64,000 bases of DNA from Gemmatimonadota bacterium (GTDB lineage: Bacteria; JAAXHH01): NCBI GenBank assembly GCA_026702745.1, contig JAPPBT010000058.1, positions 72,408-136,407 of the forward strand, in the 5' to 3' direction. The position numbers and the translations under genes are program-made. This document shows positions 54,379-64,000 of the stretch, in pieces. Position 1 is the first letter of the stretch; every line of letters starts with the position of its first letter. The notes beneath the pieces are model-generated. The model ran no database searches and was not told the DNA's origin. It was given only the letters and a program-made list of their open reading frames with translations.

Positions 54379-55431
54379 TCAACTCATCGAAACAACGCGG
54401 CCGGTTTCCAGGGATTCCGTGGCAGCGTCCAGTACCTTCATGAGCTCCAGCATCTCGCGAGGCTGGACGGCCAGTTCGGCGCCTTCCGTCAGTACTGCCG
54501 CGATGTTCCGGTAGTAGTCCACCCAACTGCCTTTCACCGGATCCAGGATCATCTCCTCAACCGCTCCGTCCCGCTCCGTGGCCACCCGTACACGGTCTTC
54601 GGGTGCCTCCACCGCGTCCTCGATCCTGCCCTTCTTCATCCAGTCCTCCTGGGGATCGAGCCCCGTCTTTACCAGGGATCCCCGGGTACCCAGCACGTAC
54701 CAGTGGGGCTTGGAAATATGCGAAAGATTGCTGATTTCCATCCGGTACTCGGCACCCGTTTCGAAATACAGCGTGCAGGTGACATGATCTTCAATGTCCC
54801 CTTCCCACAGGCGTTTGTGGCCTTTGCAGTGGATCGCCTCGGGACGGCCGGCCAGCAGCTGCAGCCCCTGGTCGACCAGGTGCGCGCCCCAGTCGAAAAG
54901 CAGGCCGCCGCTTTCCGCCCGGCTCGTTCGCCAGCCCCGGGATGCCCGGAACCGGTGCACCGCCCTTTCGACCAGAAAAGGTTCACCAAGCAGGCCATCC
55001 TCCACCGCCTTGCGCACGGTCAGATAGCCCCAGTCCCAGCGGCGGTTGTGGAAGACGCTCAGCATGACCCCGCGCCGCCGGCTGACCGCGATCATTTCCC
55101 CGGCTTCGGCGGCCGACATGCACATGACCTTGTCGACGACCAGGTGTCTCCCGGCCTCCATGGCCTCGATGGCCAGGGACGCGTGGGTATGGTGAGGCGT
55201 GGCCAGGATGATCAACTGGATGCCGTCGTCCGCCAGGAGATCGGTCAGGGTCATGTAGGTATCCACGGACCCGTCCCGATGCGCCTGCGCCCGGCGTTCC
55301 GGGTCCCGGCTGGCCACAGCGGCGAGTTTCAACCCCTCGGTCCGCGAAACCAGGTAGGCATGGAAAAGCCGTCCCGCCAGTCCGTAGCCTACGATGCCCG
55401 TTCGTATCACGGTAATGCCCCGCGCCCGCAT
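54379..55431 (-). CDS. Gfo/Idh/MocA-family NAD(P)-dependent oxidoreductase
   Basis: MRARGITVIRTGIVGYG Rossmann N-terminus; 350 aa. Confidence 0.7.
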   Translation of the reverse strand: MRARGITVIRTGIVGYGLAGRLFHAYLVSRTEGLKLAAVASRDPERRAQAHRDGSVDTYMTLTDLLADDGIQLIILATPHHTHASLAIEAMEAGRHLVVDKVMCMSAAEAGEMIAVSRRRGVMLSVFHNRRWDWGYLTVRKAVEDGLLGEPFLVERAVHRFRASRGWRTSRAESGGLLFDWGAHLVDQGLQLLAGRPEAIHCKGHKRLWEGDIEDHVTCTLYFETGAEYRMEISNLSHISKPHWYVLGTRGSLVKTGLDPQEDWMKKGRIEDAVEAPEDRVRVATERDGAVEEMILDPVKGSWVDYYRNIAAVLTEGAELAVQPREMLELMKVLDAATESLETGRVVSMS

Positions 55432-55660
55432 CCATACCGCGCCCGCATCCATGCCATGCGGGCTCATTTCCCGTTGTCTTCCGGCAACCCGACGCAATCT
55501 ACCCGCGTCCTCCGCCCCGCCGGCTATGCGGGGGACAATATACGGGATGGGCCGGATGCATGGCAAACGCGAATTGGGTGGACTATAATGTCCGTGACAT
55601 TCCACCGGCGACGCGCTAATTTCCCGATTCAACCGTCTTTAATCCGCACTTTCCGATCTC

Positions 55661-57205
55661 ATGCCGGATAACCAGCCGATCACAGGGCCATCCATGGCAT
55701 CATCGCGACCGAACGTGCTCTGCATCCTCACCGACGACCAGGGCGTCTGGGCGGCGGGCTGTTACGGCAACGGGGAAATCCGTACGCCGCACATCGACCG
55801 GATCGCGGAGACCGGGGTGCGCTTCGACCGTTTCTTCGTGGCCACGCCTGTCTGCTCCCCCAGCCGCGCGACCCTGCTGACCGGCCGGATCCCCTCCCAG
55901 CATGGCGTGCACGACTGGATCAAGGGAGGCAATGTGGGCGAGGGCGCGGCCTCCTATCTCGATGGAGAAACGACGTATACCGATGTGCTCGCGGGCCACG
56001 GCTGGCGATGCGGCCTCAGCGGCAAGTGGCACCTGGGCAACAGCACCCTGCCCCAGCACGGGTTTTCCCACTGGTTCACCCACCAGTTCGGCGGCGGTCC
56101 CTACAATGATGCACCTATGGTCCGGAACGGCCTCCCGGTCACCGAACCGGGTTACGTTACGAACGTCATTACCGACGATGCGCTGGCCTTCATAGACCGG
56201 CACGCCAACCAGGATGATCCGTTCTACCTGAGTGTCCACTATACCGCGCCGCACAGTCCGTGGACGGGACATCCGCAGGATATTGTCGATTCCTACGATG
56301 ACTGCCCATTCGACTCCTGCCCCCAGGAGCCTGTCCACCCCTGGGCGGGCGGCCTGACCCGCGAATGCATGGGTGACCGGGAGAGCCTGAAGGGCTACTT
56401 CGCGGCCGTCACGGCCATGGACCTCGACGTCGGCCGGTTGCTGGACCGGCTCGATCATCACGGCATCCGGGAAGACACCCTGGTGGTCTTCCTGAGCGAC
56501 AACGGATTCAGCCTGGGACACCACGGGTTCTGGGGCAAGGGCAACGGGACCAGCCCGCTGAATATGTACGAGAACTCCATCCTGGTTCCTGCGCTCGTCA
56601 GCCAGCCCGGACGCCTGCCCGAAGGCGCCGTGCAGCCGGCGATGATCAGCGCCTACGATTTCATGCCCACACTCCTGTCCTACCTGGATCTGCCAGTGCC
56701 CTGGGACCGCAATCTGCCCGGGCGAAACGCAGTGGACGCCTGGATGTTCGGGGTGGCCCGGGGCGACCAGCCAGCGCGGTCCGCTCGGTCCGACCAGCCC
56801 GGAGGGGCAGCCCGGGACGTATCGTCCGACGCCGACCGGGACGAACAGGCGGCATCGACCGAGGCGTCCGACGCCGGCCGGGACCACGTCGTGGTATTCG
56901 ACGAATACGGTGGCACGCGCATGATCCGCACCGAATCCTGGAAGTACGTGCACCGGTATCCCGACGGACCCAACGAACTGTACAACCTGGCGAACGATCC
57001 GGACGAACGGGCGAATCTCGCGGACGACGCCGGTTACGCCGGCAGGCGCCGGTCGCTGCACGGAGAATTGGAGGACTGGTTCGAACGCTATGCCGACCCG
57101 GACCGGGACGGCTGGTCCTGGCCGGTCTCCGGCGCCGGCCAGCTAAGGCCCGTCGGCGGCGCACGGGATGACGACTCGCCGGCTTTCGAACAACTGACAT
57201 CGTGA
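55661..57205 (+). CDS. Sulfatase (formylglycine type) lacking an obvious signal peptide
   Basis: CSPSRATLLTGR signature; alternative start at ATG 55694. Confidence 0.8.
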   Translation: MPDNQPITGPSMASSRPNVLCILTDDQGVWAAGCYGNGEIRTPHIDRIAETGVRFDRFFVATPVCSPSRATLLTGRIPSQHGVHDWIKGGNVGEGAASYLDGETTYTDVLAGHGWRCGLSGKWHLGNSTLPQHGFSHWFTHQFGGGPYNDAPMVRNGLPVTEPGYVTNVITDDALAFIDRHANQDDPFYLSVHYTAPHSPWTGHPQDIVDSYDDCPFDSCPQEPVHPWAGGLTRECMGDRESLKGYFAAVTAMDLDVGRLLDRLDHHGIREDTLVVFLSDNGFSLGHHGFWGKGNGTSPLNMYENSILVPALVSQPGRLPEGAVQPAMISAYDFMPTLLSYLDLPVPWDRNLPGRNAVDAWMFGVARGDQPARSARSDQPGGAARDVSSDADRDEQAASTEASDAGRDHVVVFDEYGGTRMIRTESWKYVHRYPDGPNELYNLANDPDERANLADDAGYAGRRRSLHGELEDWFERYADPDRDGWSWPVSGAGQLRPVGGARDDDSPAFEQLTS

Positions 57206-57210
57206 AGGAG
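57205..57210 (+). promoter_or_regulatory. Shine-Dalgarno AAGGAG, 6 nt upstream of the ATG at 57217
   Basis: gtgAAGGAGaactcgATG; overlaps the sulfatase stop. Confidence 0.5.
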
Positions 57211-57216
57211 AACTCG

Positions 57217-57978
57217 ATGGCTGCAAGCAAAATCGCCGTTACGCTCTATACGTTGCGCGACTTCGTGCAGACGCCGGCCGACATTTCGGCCACCCTGAAG
57301 AAAGTCAAGTCCATCGGCTATGACCATATACAACTTTCGGCCCTCGGTCCCGTCGATCCCGCAGAACTCGGCAACATGATCCGGGACGCCGGCCTGCACG
57401 TCTGTGCCACGCACGTGCCCTTCGAACGGCTGCAGGATGAACCGAACAAAGTCATCGAAGAACACCGCCTCTGGGGGTGCGAGCATATCGCCGTCGGTTC
57501 CATGCCGCGGTCCTACTGGGACGATCCGGACGGGTTCTCCCGGTTCGCGGCGGACGCGTCGGTCGTGGCGCTCAGGCTGAAGAAAGCCGGCATGTCCTTC
57601 AGCTACCACAATCACCATACGGAACTCGTGCGCGTGGGTGGACGGACGGGACTGGCCATCCTGGTGGAGGACAGCGACCCCGCCCTGTGTTTCGAGATCG
57701 ACACCTACTGGATCCAGTACGGCGGGGGCGATCCGATCCACTGGATCGAACGGGTAAGCAACCGGTGCCCGGTCATCCACTTCAAGGACCTGGGCGTGTC
57801 GGGCAGGGATCAGGTGATGGCCGAGATCGGCGAGGGGAACATGAACTGGCCCGGTATCGTCGCCGCCTGCGAGACCGCCGGGGCCCAGTGGTACGTGGTC
57901 GAGCAGGATACCTGCGCAGGCGATCCCTTCGACAGTATCGCCGTCAGCTACCGCAACATGACCGCCATGGGACTATGA
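57217..57978 (+). CDS. Sugar phosphate isomerase/epimerase (xylose-isomerase-like TIM barrel)
   Basis: AP-endonuclease-2/TIM-barrel-like sequence; ~253 aa. Confidence 0.7.
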   Translation: MAASKIAVTLYTLRDFVQTPADISATLKKVKSIGYDHIQLSALGPVDPAELGNMIRDAGLHVCATHVPFERLQDEPNKVIEEHRLWGCEHIAVGSMPRSYWDDPDGFSRFAADASVVALRLKKAGMSFSYHNHHTELVRVGGRTGLAILVEDSDPALCFEIDTYWIQYGGGDPIHWIERVSNRCPVIHFKDLGVSGRDQVMAEIGEGNMNWPGIVAACETAGAQWYVVEQDTCAGDPFDSIAVSYRNMTAMGL

Positions 57979-58041
57979 CCCATCGGGCGTACAGGACGCG
58001 CGACCAGCAAAAACGCAGACCGTGCATGAAAAGAGGAACAA

Positions 58042-58821
58042 ATGATCGATCTTTCCGGCAAGACAGCGCTGATCAGCGGTTCCTCCCGCGGGATCGGCAA
58101 AGGCATCGCACTGGAGATGGCCCGCGCCGGGGCGGACGTTGCCGTCAACTACTTCCGCCACCGGCAGGACGGCGAGGCCGTAGCGGAGGAAATCCGGGCC
58201 ATGGGGCGGCGGGCGGTTGTCATCGGCGCGGACGCGTCGGACCGGTCCGCCGTTGACGAGATGGTGGACCGGACCGCCAAGGATCTCGGCGGGCCTGATA
58301 TCGTCGTGGCCAATGCCTACTATTCCACGCGGGAGCCCTTTCTCGAGATGGACGTGGATGAACTTCGGAAAACCTACGATGTCAGCCTCTTCGGCGCCTT
58401 CCACGTGGCCCAGGCCGGCGCCCGGACGATGGCGGCCGGCGGGAAGGGGGGCAGCATCCTCTTCATCAGTTCAGTCATGTCCTTCCTCCCCTTCCCCACA
58501 TCGCTCGCCTACTCTTCGGCCAAGGCCGGCATGAACCACATGGCGGCCATTATCGCCCTCGAGCTGCTGGAGCACCGAATCCGCGTGAACGTGATCGAAC
58601 CCGGGTGGACCGACACGCCCGGCGAGCGGCAGTATTCCACGGAACAGGAACTCGAGGAGGGCGGCAAGCGGCTTCCCTGGGGCCGGATGGGCACGATCGA
58701 GGACCTGGGCAAGGCCGCCACTTTTCTTTGTTCCGACGCCGCGGACTACATCACCGGAGAAGTCTTGCGCGTAGACGGTGGCTTCTGGCTCAAGCGCGGC
58801 ACGGCCTCCATCAAGGAGTGA
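58042..58821 (+). CDS. Short-chain dehydrogenase/reductase (SDR, FabG-like)
   Basis: GSSRGIGKG cofactor motif; YSSAK catalytic motif. Confidence 0.8.
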   Translation: MIDLSGKTALISGSSRGIGKGIALEMARAGADVAVNYFRHRQDGEAVAEEIRAMGRRAVVIGADASDRSAVDEMVDRTAKDLGGPDIVVANAYYSTREPFLEMDVDELRKTYDVSLFGAFHVAQAGARTMAAGGKGGSILFISSVMSFLPFPTSLAYSSAKAGMNHMAAIIALELLEHRIRVNVIEPGWTDTPGERQYSTEQELEEGGKRLPWGRMGTIEDLGKAATFLCSDAADYITGEVLRVDGGFWLKRGTASIKE

Positions 58822-58849
58822 CTTCCGGCACGGGCGGGCTTGACCAGGT

Positions 58850-60799
58850 ATGACCAAGCTGACCACGAAACCCACTTCCCTCAAAACCGCCGCCCTGGGT
58901 TTGGCCTTCGCCTGTTTCGTCGCCTTCTGGGGCCAACACGCTTCGGCGCAGCTGAACTACAACTATCTGACCTTCCCCCAGATGCCGCTGTGTCTGGTCA
59001 TTCCCTACCTCTTCCTGGTCCTGCTTCCGAACGTACTGATCCGCGCCATAAACCGGGACGCCGCGCTTACGAGGCCGGAGCTCCTGGTCATCTTCGCCAT
59101 GGGGCTGATCGCGGCCATGGTGCCCGACTGGGGCATGGTCCGCTATCTCATCAGCGTCATCACCGCGCCGCACTACTTCGCCAGCCCGGAGAACCAGTGG
59201 GAGGCGCACTTCTTCGCCTACCTGCCGGAATGGGCGGTCATCCCCAATGACAAGGGGCAGGTATCGGATTTCTTCGCGGGACGGCCTTCCGGTCTGCCGA
59301 TTCCCTGGCAGGACTGGGTCATCCCCCTCTTCTGGTGGATGTCGGCCCTGGGCGCGCTGCTCTTCATCGGCGCCTGCCTCGTCGTGATCTTCCGGAAGCA
59401 GTGGGTGGAACACGAACGGCTACAGTTTCCCATGGGCGAGGTGGTGCTCCGCCTTCTCGAGACCGATCAGGGTGCATCCGGGCCGTCCGGGAGGTGGCCG
59501 GCCCTCTTCGGCAACCGGCTGTTCCAGGTCGGTTTCGCGGCCAGCCTGGCCGTCATGTCCTGGAACATCATCGGCTTCTGGGGCGTGCTGCCCCACATCC
59601 CCCTTCCCGGTCCGGTATTCAACGTGGTCATCGACCCGGCCTACCCGCCCATCGCCATTCGGCTCGTGCCCTATGTCCTGTGTTTCGCCTTTTTCGTCAA
59701 CGTCGAGATCCTCTTCAGCGTCTGGTTCTTCCAGGTGCTGGGCATATTGGAAACCGGGATGCTCAACCGTTTCGGCGTGGTTTCGCCTGCAGAAACGATC
59801 GTGCCCCGCGGCCTGGTGTCCATCCAGTTCTGCGGCGGACTGATCATGTTCGCCCTGATCAGCGTCTGGATGGCCCGGAAACATATACGGAACGTCCTTC
59901 GAAAGTCCCTCGGCAGGGAAAGCGACCTGCGCGACGAGAACGAAATGTTCTCCTACCGCACGGCGGTCATCGGCCTGGTACTGGGCGTGCTCTTCATGAC
60001 CGCCTGGCTGCACGCCATCGGATTCTCTATCCCGATCGCCCTGCTCTTCCTGTTCCTCCTGCTGGTGTTCTATTTCGGGATCGCGCGCATCCTTGCCGAA
60101 GCGGGCCTGATCAACCTCGATCTGCCGATCAACGCCCACGCCTTCACGGTGGGGATGGTGGGCTCGGCCAACCTGTCGGGGTCGACGCTGACCGGTCTCG
60201 GACTTACCAACGTCTTCGCGCGGAACTGGCGGACCTTCACCATGGTGGGGCTATCGCACGTCGCCTTCTGGCGGAACTATCTCGGGGAGAACCGCGGACG
60301 GCTGTTCCTGCTCGTGATGCTCGCATTTATCTGCGGGACGGCGATCTCGACGGGATACGTCGTCTACTCGGGTTACACGGAGGGGGCGGACAACCTGCAT
60401 ATCAACCTGAGGAACACGGGGAACCTGTTCTTCGACCTGGTGGTGAAGTGGATGAAGAACGCCACGCAGATCACCACTCTCGAAATCCTGTTTCTCACAG
60501 TCGGCATGGCCGTAAGCAGCCTGCTTGCCCTGGGCAGGTATCTCTTTTACTGGTGGCCGCTCAATCCCATCGGGTTCGCCATCGGCGCCTCGGGGCCCAT
60601 ACGGGGGCTCACCTTCACCCTCTTCGTCGCATGGCTCGTGCAGGTCATCCTGCTCCGCATCGGCGGCGTCCGGCTCTACCGGAAAGTGCAACCGCTTTTT
60701 CTGGGAATCCTCGTCGGTTACGTGGTCGGGGTCCTGGCCGCCTACATCGTCGATACGGTTTATTTCCCGGACATGCCGCACATCACCGAGATCTTTTAG
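58850..60799 (+). CDS. Large polytopic membrane protein (~649 aa, at least 12 TM), unknown family; paralog of the convergent downstream gene
   Basis: Hydrophobic profile; shared motifs with the 60827-62785 gene (ENQWEAHFFAYLPEW / ENRWADTFFPHLPGW; RKQWVEHERLQFP / RRQWVEHERLSFP). Confidence 0.6.
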   Translation: MTKLTTKPTSLKTAALGLAFACFVAFWGQHASAQLNYNYLTFPQMPLCLVIPYLFLVLLPNVLIRAINRDAALTRPELLVIFAMGLIAAMVPDWGMVRYLISVITAPHYFASPENQWEAHFFAYLPEWAVIPNDKGQVSDFFAGRPSGLPIPWQDWVIPLFWWMSALGALLFIGACLVVIFRKQWVEHERLQFPMGEVVLRLLETDQGASGPSGRWPALFGNRLFQVGFAASLAVMSWNIIGFWGVLPHIPLPGPVFNVVIDPAYPPIAIRLVPYVLCFAFFVNVEILFSVWFFQVLGILETGMLNRFGVVSPAETIVPRGLVSIQFCGGLIMFALISVWMARKHIRNVLRKSLGRESDLRDENEMFSYRTAVIGLVLGVLFMTAWLHAIGFSIPIALLFLFLLLVFYFGIARILAEAGLINLDLPINAHAFTVGMVGSANLSGSTLTGLGLTNVFARNWRTFTMVGLSHVAFWRNYLGENRGRLFLLVMLAFICGTAISTGYVVYSGYTEGADNLHINLRNTGNLFFDLVVKWMKNATQITTLEILFLTVGMAVSSLLALGRYLFYWWPLNPIGFAIGASGPIRGLTFTLFVAWLVQVILLRIGGVRLYRKVQPLFLGILVGYVVGVLAAYIVDTVYFPDMPHITEIF

Positions 60800-60826
60800 T
60801 CCGCCGTGGACAGGCGCGCGGCAGAC

Positions 60827-62785
60827 CTACCAGTTGTGCACGTTGTGTCCCTGGCCCGGGAACCAGATGACATCGACGACCAGGGAGAGGGTCACGCCCG
60901 CCGCGTAGCCCAGCAGCACGCCGATCACGGCCGGCTGCATCCTACGGTACATTTCGAAGCCCCCCAGACGCAGCAGCAGCACCTTGATCAGCCAGATCGT
61001 GAAGATTGACGTGATCTCGAAGTTGATGATGTCCGCGAAGGCGACGACGTATCCGATGGGATGGAGAGGCCATCCCGGGAAGCGGTACTGCATAAACACG
61101 AGACCCGTGGTGATCCCGGCGCCCAGGAAAAGGAAATAGATCTCCTCGTAGGACAGGGTATAGGGATTGTTGAACCACGTGGCCAGCTGGTCGTAGAACC
61201 CTTCGGCCCGGAGCGGCGCGAAATCATGGGCGCCCGTCCCGGAAGCCCCGGCGTAGATCGTGTAACCGTTCGTGACGATAAAGGTCAAAACCAGCACCGC
61301 GCCCACCGCAGCGAAGAGGCCCTTCCTGGACCGGGTAAACCCTTCGGAGACCTTCAGGCCGTGTATCAGGGAAGAAAGACCGATTCCCCGGTGGTTGTGG
61401 GAGATGGCGTGGGTGAGTCCCAGGGCCGTGAGATTCGGGGGCGAGAGGTTGGTCGATCCGATGACGCCCACCGTCATTTCGTTCGAATTGACCAGAAGGT
61501 CGAGGAAGACCAGCCCGGTCTCGGCGACGATGCGTGTGACGCCTATGTACAGCGCCAGGGTGATCGCGAGGAAGAGTACCGCCACGTCAACCGACATGCC
61601 CATGCGGTTCAACCAGAACAGCAGGTAGCACAGCCCACCTGCCAGTCCCAGCAGTGCCGTGCGATAGGACAGCAGTTCCCTGGAATCGTCGAGTTCCGGC
61701 GCCCGGCCCAGGGCCTTGCGCCACACGGCCTTCAGGTGATGTCTCCCTATCCAAAGGCCCCAGAGTACGAATACCCAGAACCCGCCGAAGTGCTGGGTCT
61801 TTACGATAAACTGGGACCCGCCCGCCATACCGGACGCCGATACGCCCAGCTGGTTGAGCAGGCTGATCTCCAGCAACGCGAGGAGGTGGAAGAACCATAT
61901 GCTGAAGAGCACCTTGAGGTCGGCGAAGTAGGCGAAGCACATCATGAAGATATTGAACTGCACCTGGGTCTCTGGAACGGACTGCGCCAGCTGGATCTGC
62001 GTTCGGAAGGGCGCGCCGACGGGAATGGCCGGTACGTATCCGAAGTAGGCCAGGCTGTTCCAGGCCAGCAGGGCGAAGGTGAGCGCGAAACCCACCTGGA
62101 AGTACCGGTTTGTCATGAACGCCGGCACCAGGCCGCCCCGGGTCGTCCCCTCGATCAGCATTGAAGGTATCTGTACCACCGGGAAGGACAGCCGCTCGTG
62201 CTCGACCCACTGCCGGCGGAAAACCACCGCAATGCAGGCCATGACCAGGAACAGCGCCGCCAGCATGCACATCCACCAGAAAAGGGGAACGATCCAGTCG
62301 ACCCACAGCAAGACGCTCTGGCCAGCTCCTTCGTAGAACCCCGTCGCGGCCCCGAGGTCGTCCCGGACGACCAGCCAGCCCGGCAGATGGGGGAAGAAGG
62401 TGTCCGCCCAACGGTTCTCCGGCGTGGCGTAGTAGAACGGCGACGCCAGGATGCCGACGAAGTAGTCCACGAAGGCCTTGCCGGGTATCGTCGACGAGAC
62501 CAGGCAGAAGACGAAGAGCACGGCCAGTTCACCCGCCGTGAACGCCCGTTCGGGCCACCACCTGCGCAGGGGGATCTGCATGCAGAAGATCACGATGAGG
62601 AAAGAAACCAGCGCCGCGACCGGGAGATGGCTCAGGGTGAGCCTCGGGCCGTGCATGACGTAATTGGTATGGGGCGTCCAGATCGCGATAAATACGGCGA
62701 GCACGCTGCCCAGGACGAGCACCCTGGGGGTCAGGCCTTTCGCGGTTTGGGTGGAGGGTGAAACCTGGTTTGAATCGGTCGACAT
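60827..62785 (-). CDS. Large polytopic membrane protein (~652 aa), paralog of the 58850-60799 gene, convergent and 27 bp apart
   Basis: As for the upstream paralog; start at ATG 62785. Confidence 0.6.
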   Translation of the reverse strand: MSTDSNQVSPSTQTAKGLTPRVLVLGSVLAVFIAIWTPHTNYVMHGPRLTLSHLPVAALVSFLIVIFCMQIPLRRWWPERAFTAGELAVLFVFCLVSSTIPGKAFVDYFVGILASPFYYATPENRWADTFFPHLPGWLVVRDDLGAATGFYEGAGQSVLLWVDWIVPLFWWMCMLAALFLVMACIAVVFRRQWVEHERLSFPVVQIPSMLIEGTTRGGLVPAFMTNRYFQVGFALTFALLAWNSLAYFGYVPAIPVGAPFRTQIQLAQSVPETQVQFNIFMMCFAYFADLKVLFSIWFFHLLALLEISLLNQLGVSASGMAGGSQFIVKTQHFGGFWVFVLWGLWIGRHHLKAVWRKALGRAPELDDSRELLSYRTALLGLAGGLCYLLFWLNRMGMSVDVAVLFLAITLALYIGVTRIVAETGLVFLDLLVNSNEMTVGVIGSTNLSPPNLTALGLTHAISHNHRGIGLSSLIHGLKVSEGFTRSRKGLFAAVGAVLVLTFIVTNGYTIYAGASGTGAHDFAPLRAEGFYDQLATWFNNPYTLSYEEIYFLFLGAGITTGLVFMQYRFPGWPLHPIGYVVAFADIINFEITSIFTIWLIKVLLLRLGGFEMYRRMQPAVIGVLLGYAAGVTLSLVVDVIWFPGQGHNVHNW

Positions 62786-63052
62786 CTGGGGACGTTGATT
62801 CCAATCTGCGGAGTGAATCGGTACGCATGGCCTGCTGGCGCGGCGTCGCGAATACGGGCTTTCAATATATCCCCGCACCGCCGGTCTCGGCTATTGTTTT
62901 ATGCGGAAATATGCGGGCGAAAACCGCCTGGATGCGTCTCGCGGCCATGACATGCAGACCCGTTTTTTTCTATTGCATTGCGGCCGCTCAACATCTAATT
63001 TGCGCTAATGTGTTTTGTCTGTGAAAATCGGCCGAATCACTATCTGGTTTCA

Positions 63053-63058
63053 AGAGGA
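63053..63058 (+). promoter_or_regulatory. Shine-Dalgarno AGAGGA, 6 nt upstream of the sdhC ATG
   Basis: caAGAGGAtaacctATG. Confidence 0.45.
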
Positions 63059-63064
63059 TAACCT

Positions 63065-63868
63065 ATGTCGACAACCGGTGTTTCACTGAAGGCCAGCGGT
63101 TTCGGCCAGACGCGCCGCAGAGACGCCTGGTGGGTGCAGCAGTTGGTAACATTGGGCGTGTTCTCGGCCTTCGTCGTCTACTCCACGTGGGCGGCTTTTC
63201 AGGGCGAATTCTACGCCTGGGGCCCTTATCTCTCGCCCTTCTATTCGCCCGAAATCTTCGGCAGTTCATCCCATGCGCTTTTCGGACCCAGGCCGGAGTG
63301 GTGGCCGGCCATGCTCCCGTTCTCACCGGCCTTCCTGATCCTCTGGGCGCCGGCCGGATTCCGCATCACCTGCTATTACTACCGGGGCGCCTACTACAAG
63401 GCCTTCTGGGCCGACCCGCCATCCTGCAGCGTTTCCGAACCGAGGAAGAAGTACCGGGGAGAACAGTCCTTTCCGCTCATTCTCCAGAACGTTCACCGGT
63501 ACTTTCTCTACCTGGTGTTCATCATCTGGATCTTCCTGGCTCACGACGCCTGGAAGGCCCTGTGGTTCACGGACGCGGCCACCGGTGAGACGACCTTCGG
63601 CATCGGGATCGGCACCCTGGTGTTGACCCTGAACGTTGTCCTCCTGGGCGGCTACCAGTTCGGCTGCCACTCCCTGCGCCACCTGATCGGCGGCAACCTG
63701 GACCTCCTTTCGAAAGCGCCCGTGCGGCATGCGGGTTATAACTGCGTTTCGTGCCTGAACCGAGGACACATGAACTGGGCTTGGCTCAGCCTGATCTGGG
63801 TCGCTTTCGCGGATGTATATGTGCGCCTGGTGGCCATGGGCGTCTGGACGGACTGGAGAATCCTCTAA
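63065..63868 (+). CDS. sdhC: Succinate dehydrogenase/fumarate reductase cytochrome b subunit (b558 family)
   Basis: ~5-TM cytochrome b with conserved His residues, immediately followed by sdhA with TAATG overlap. Confidence 0.7.
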   Translation: MSTTGVSLKASGFGQTRRRDAWWVQQLVTLGVFSAFVVYSTWAAFQGEFYAWGPYLSPFYSPEIFGSSSHALFGPRPEWWPAMLPFSPAFLILWAPAGFRITCYYYRGAYYKAFWADPPSCSVSEPRKKYRGEQSFPLILQNVHRYFLYLVFIIWIFLAHDAWKALWFTDAATGETTFGIGIGTLVLTLNVVLLGGYQFGCHSLRHLIGGNLDLLSKAPVRHAGYNCVSCLNRGHMNWAWLSLIWVAFADVYVRLVAMGVWTDWRIL

Positions 63869-64000
63869 TGGCGGAATATCAGAGCCACGAACATGACGTG
63901 CTCGTGATCGGAGCCGGCGGCGCAGGACTCCGGGCTGCCATCGAAGCCTCGGCCGCAGGGGTATCGGTGGGGCTCGTCTGCAAATCCCTGCTGGGCAAGG
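63868..64000 (+). CDS. sdhA: Succinate dehydrogenase/fumarate reductase flavoprotein subunit (5' partial)
   Basis: HDVLVIGAGGAGLRAAIEAS FAD-binding N-terminus; runs off the window. Confidence 0.8.
   Translation, partial: MAEYQSHEHDVLVIGAGGAGLRAAIEASAAGVSVGLVCKSLLGK

Noticed and set aside
55700-57061. 453-aa ORF antisense to the second sulfatase
   Set aside because: It is a shadow ORF.

Overview
This is a GC-rich bacterial chromosomal segment, dense in genes on both strands. Most of it is recognisable housekeeping: hrpA, queC, an NAD+ synthetase plus an isochorismatase-like amidase, a divergent hemH/hemQ pair, pyrK-pyrD-pyrF, ssb, lptF/lptG, metK, pyrG, rpsT, uvrC, hisI, hisD and the start of an sdhC(b558)-sdhA operon. 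LptF/G and the b558-type cytochrome point to a diderm organism; HemQ next to HemH implies the coproporphyrin-dependent heme pathway. No rRNA, tRNA or CRISPR array was found. Two accessory regions stand out. The first (about 23.0-30.5 kb, minus strand) is an eight-gene operon whose genes abut or overlap by 1-4 nt: a PhyH-type dioxygenase, a small soluble protein, a 600-aa GlmL/MutL-like ASKHA ATPase, a protein whose N-terminus resembles the NqrA/RnfC barrel-sandwich domain, and four polytopic membrane proteins of no recognisable family. I take this as the best candidate for a previously undescribed membrane-associated machine. The second (about 45-63 kb) is a catabolic island with two signal-peptide-less sulfatases, three PhyH dioxygenases, two Gfo/Idh/MocA oxidoreductases, DUF1611, an enolase-superfamily enzyme, an HpcH aldolase, SDRs, a HepT/MntA toxin-antitoxin pair and two convergent paralogous ~650-aa membrane proteins. 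The sequence also carries many short in-frame tandem repeats inside conserved genes, three intergenic tandem repeats (44, 34 and 24 bp), and a tandem pair of near-identical hairpins in the nadE leader.
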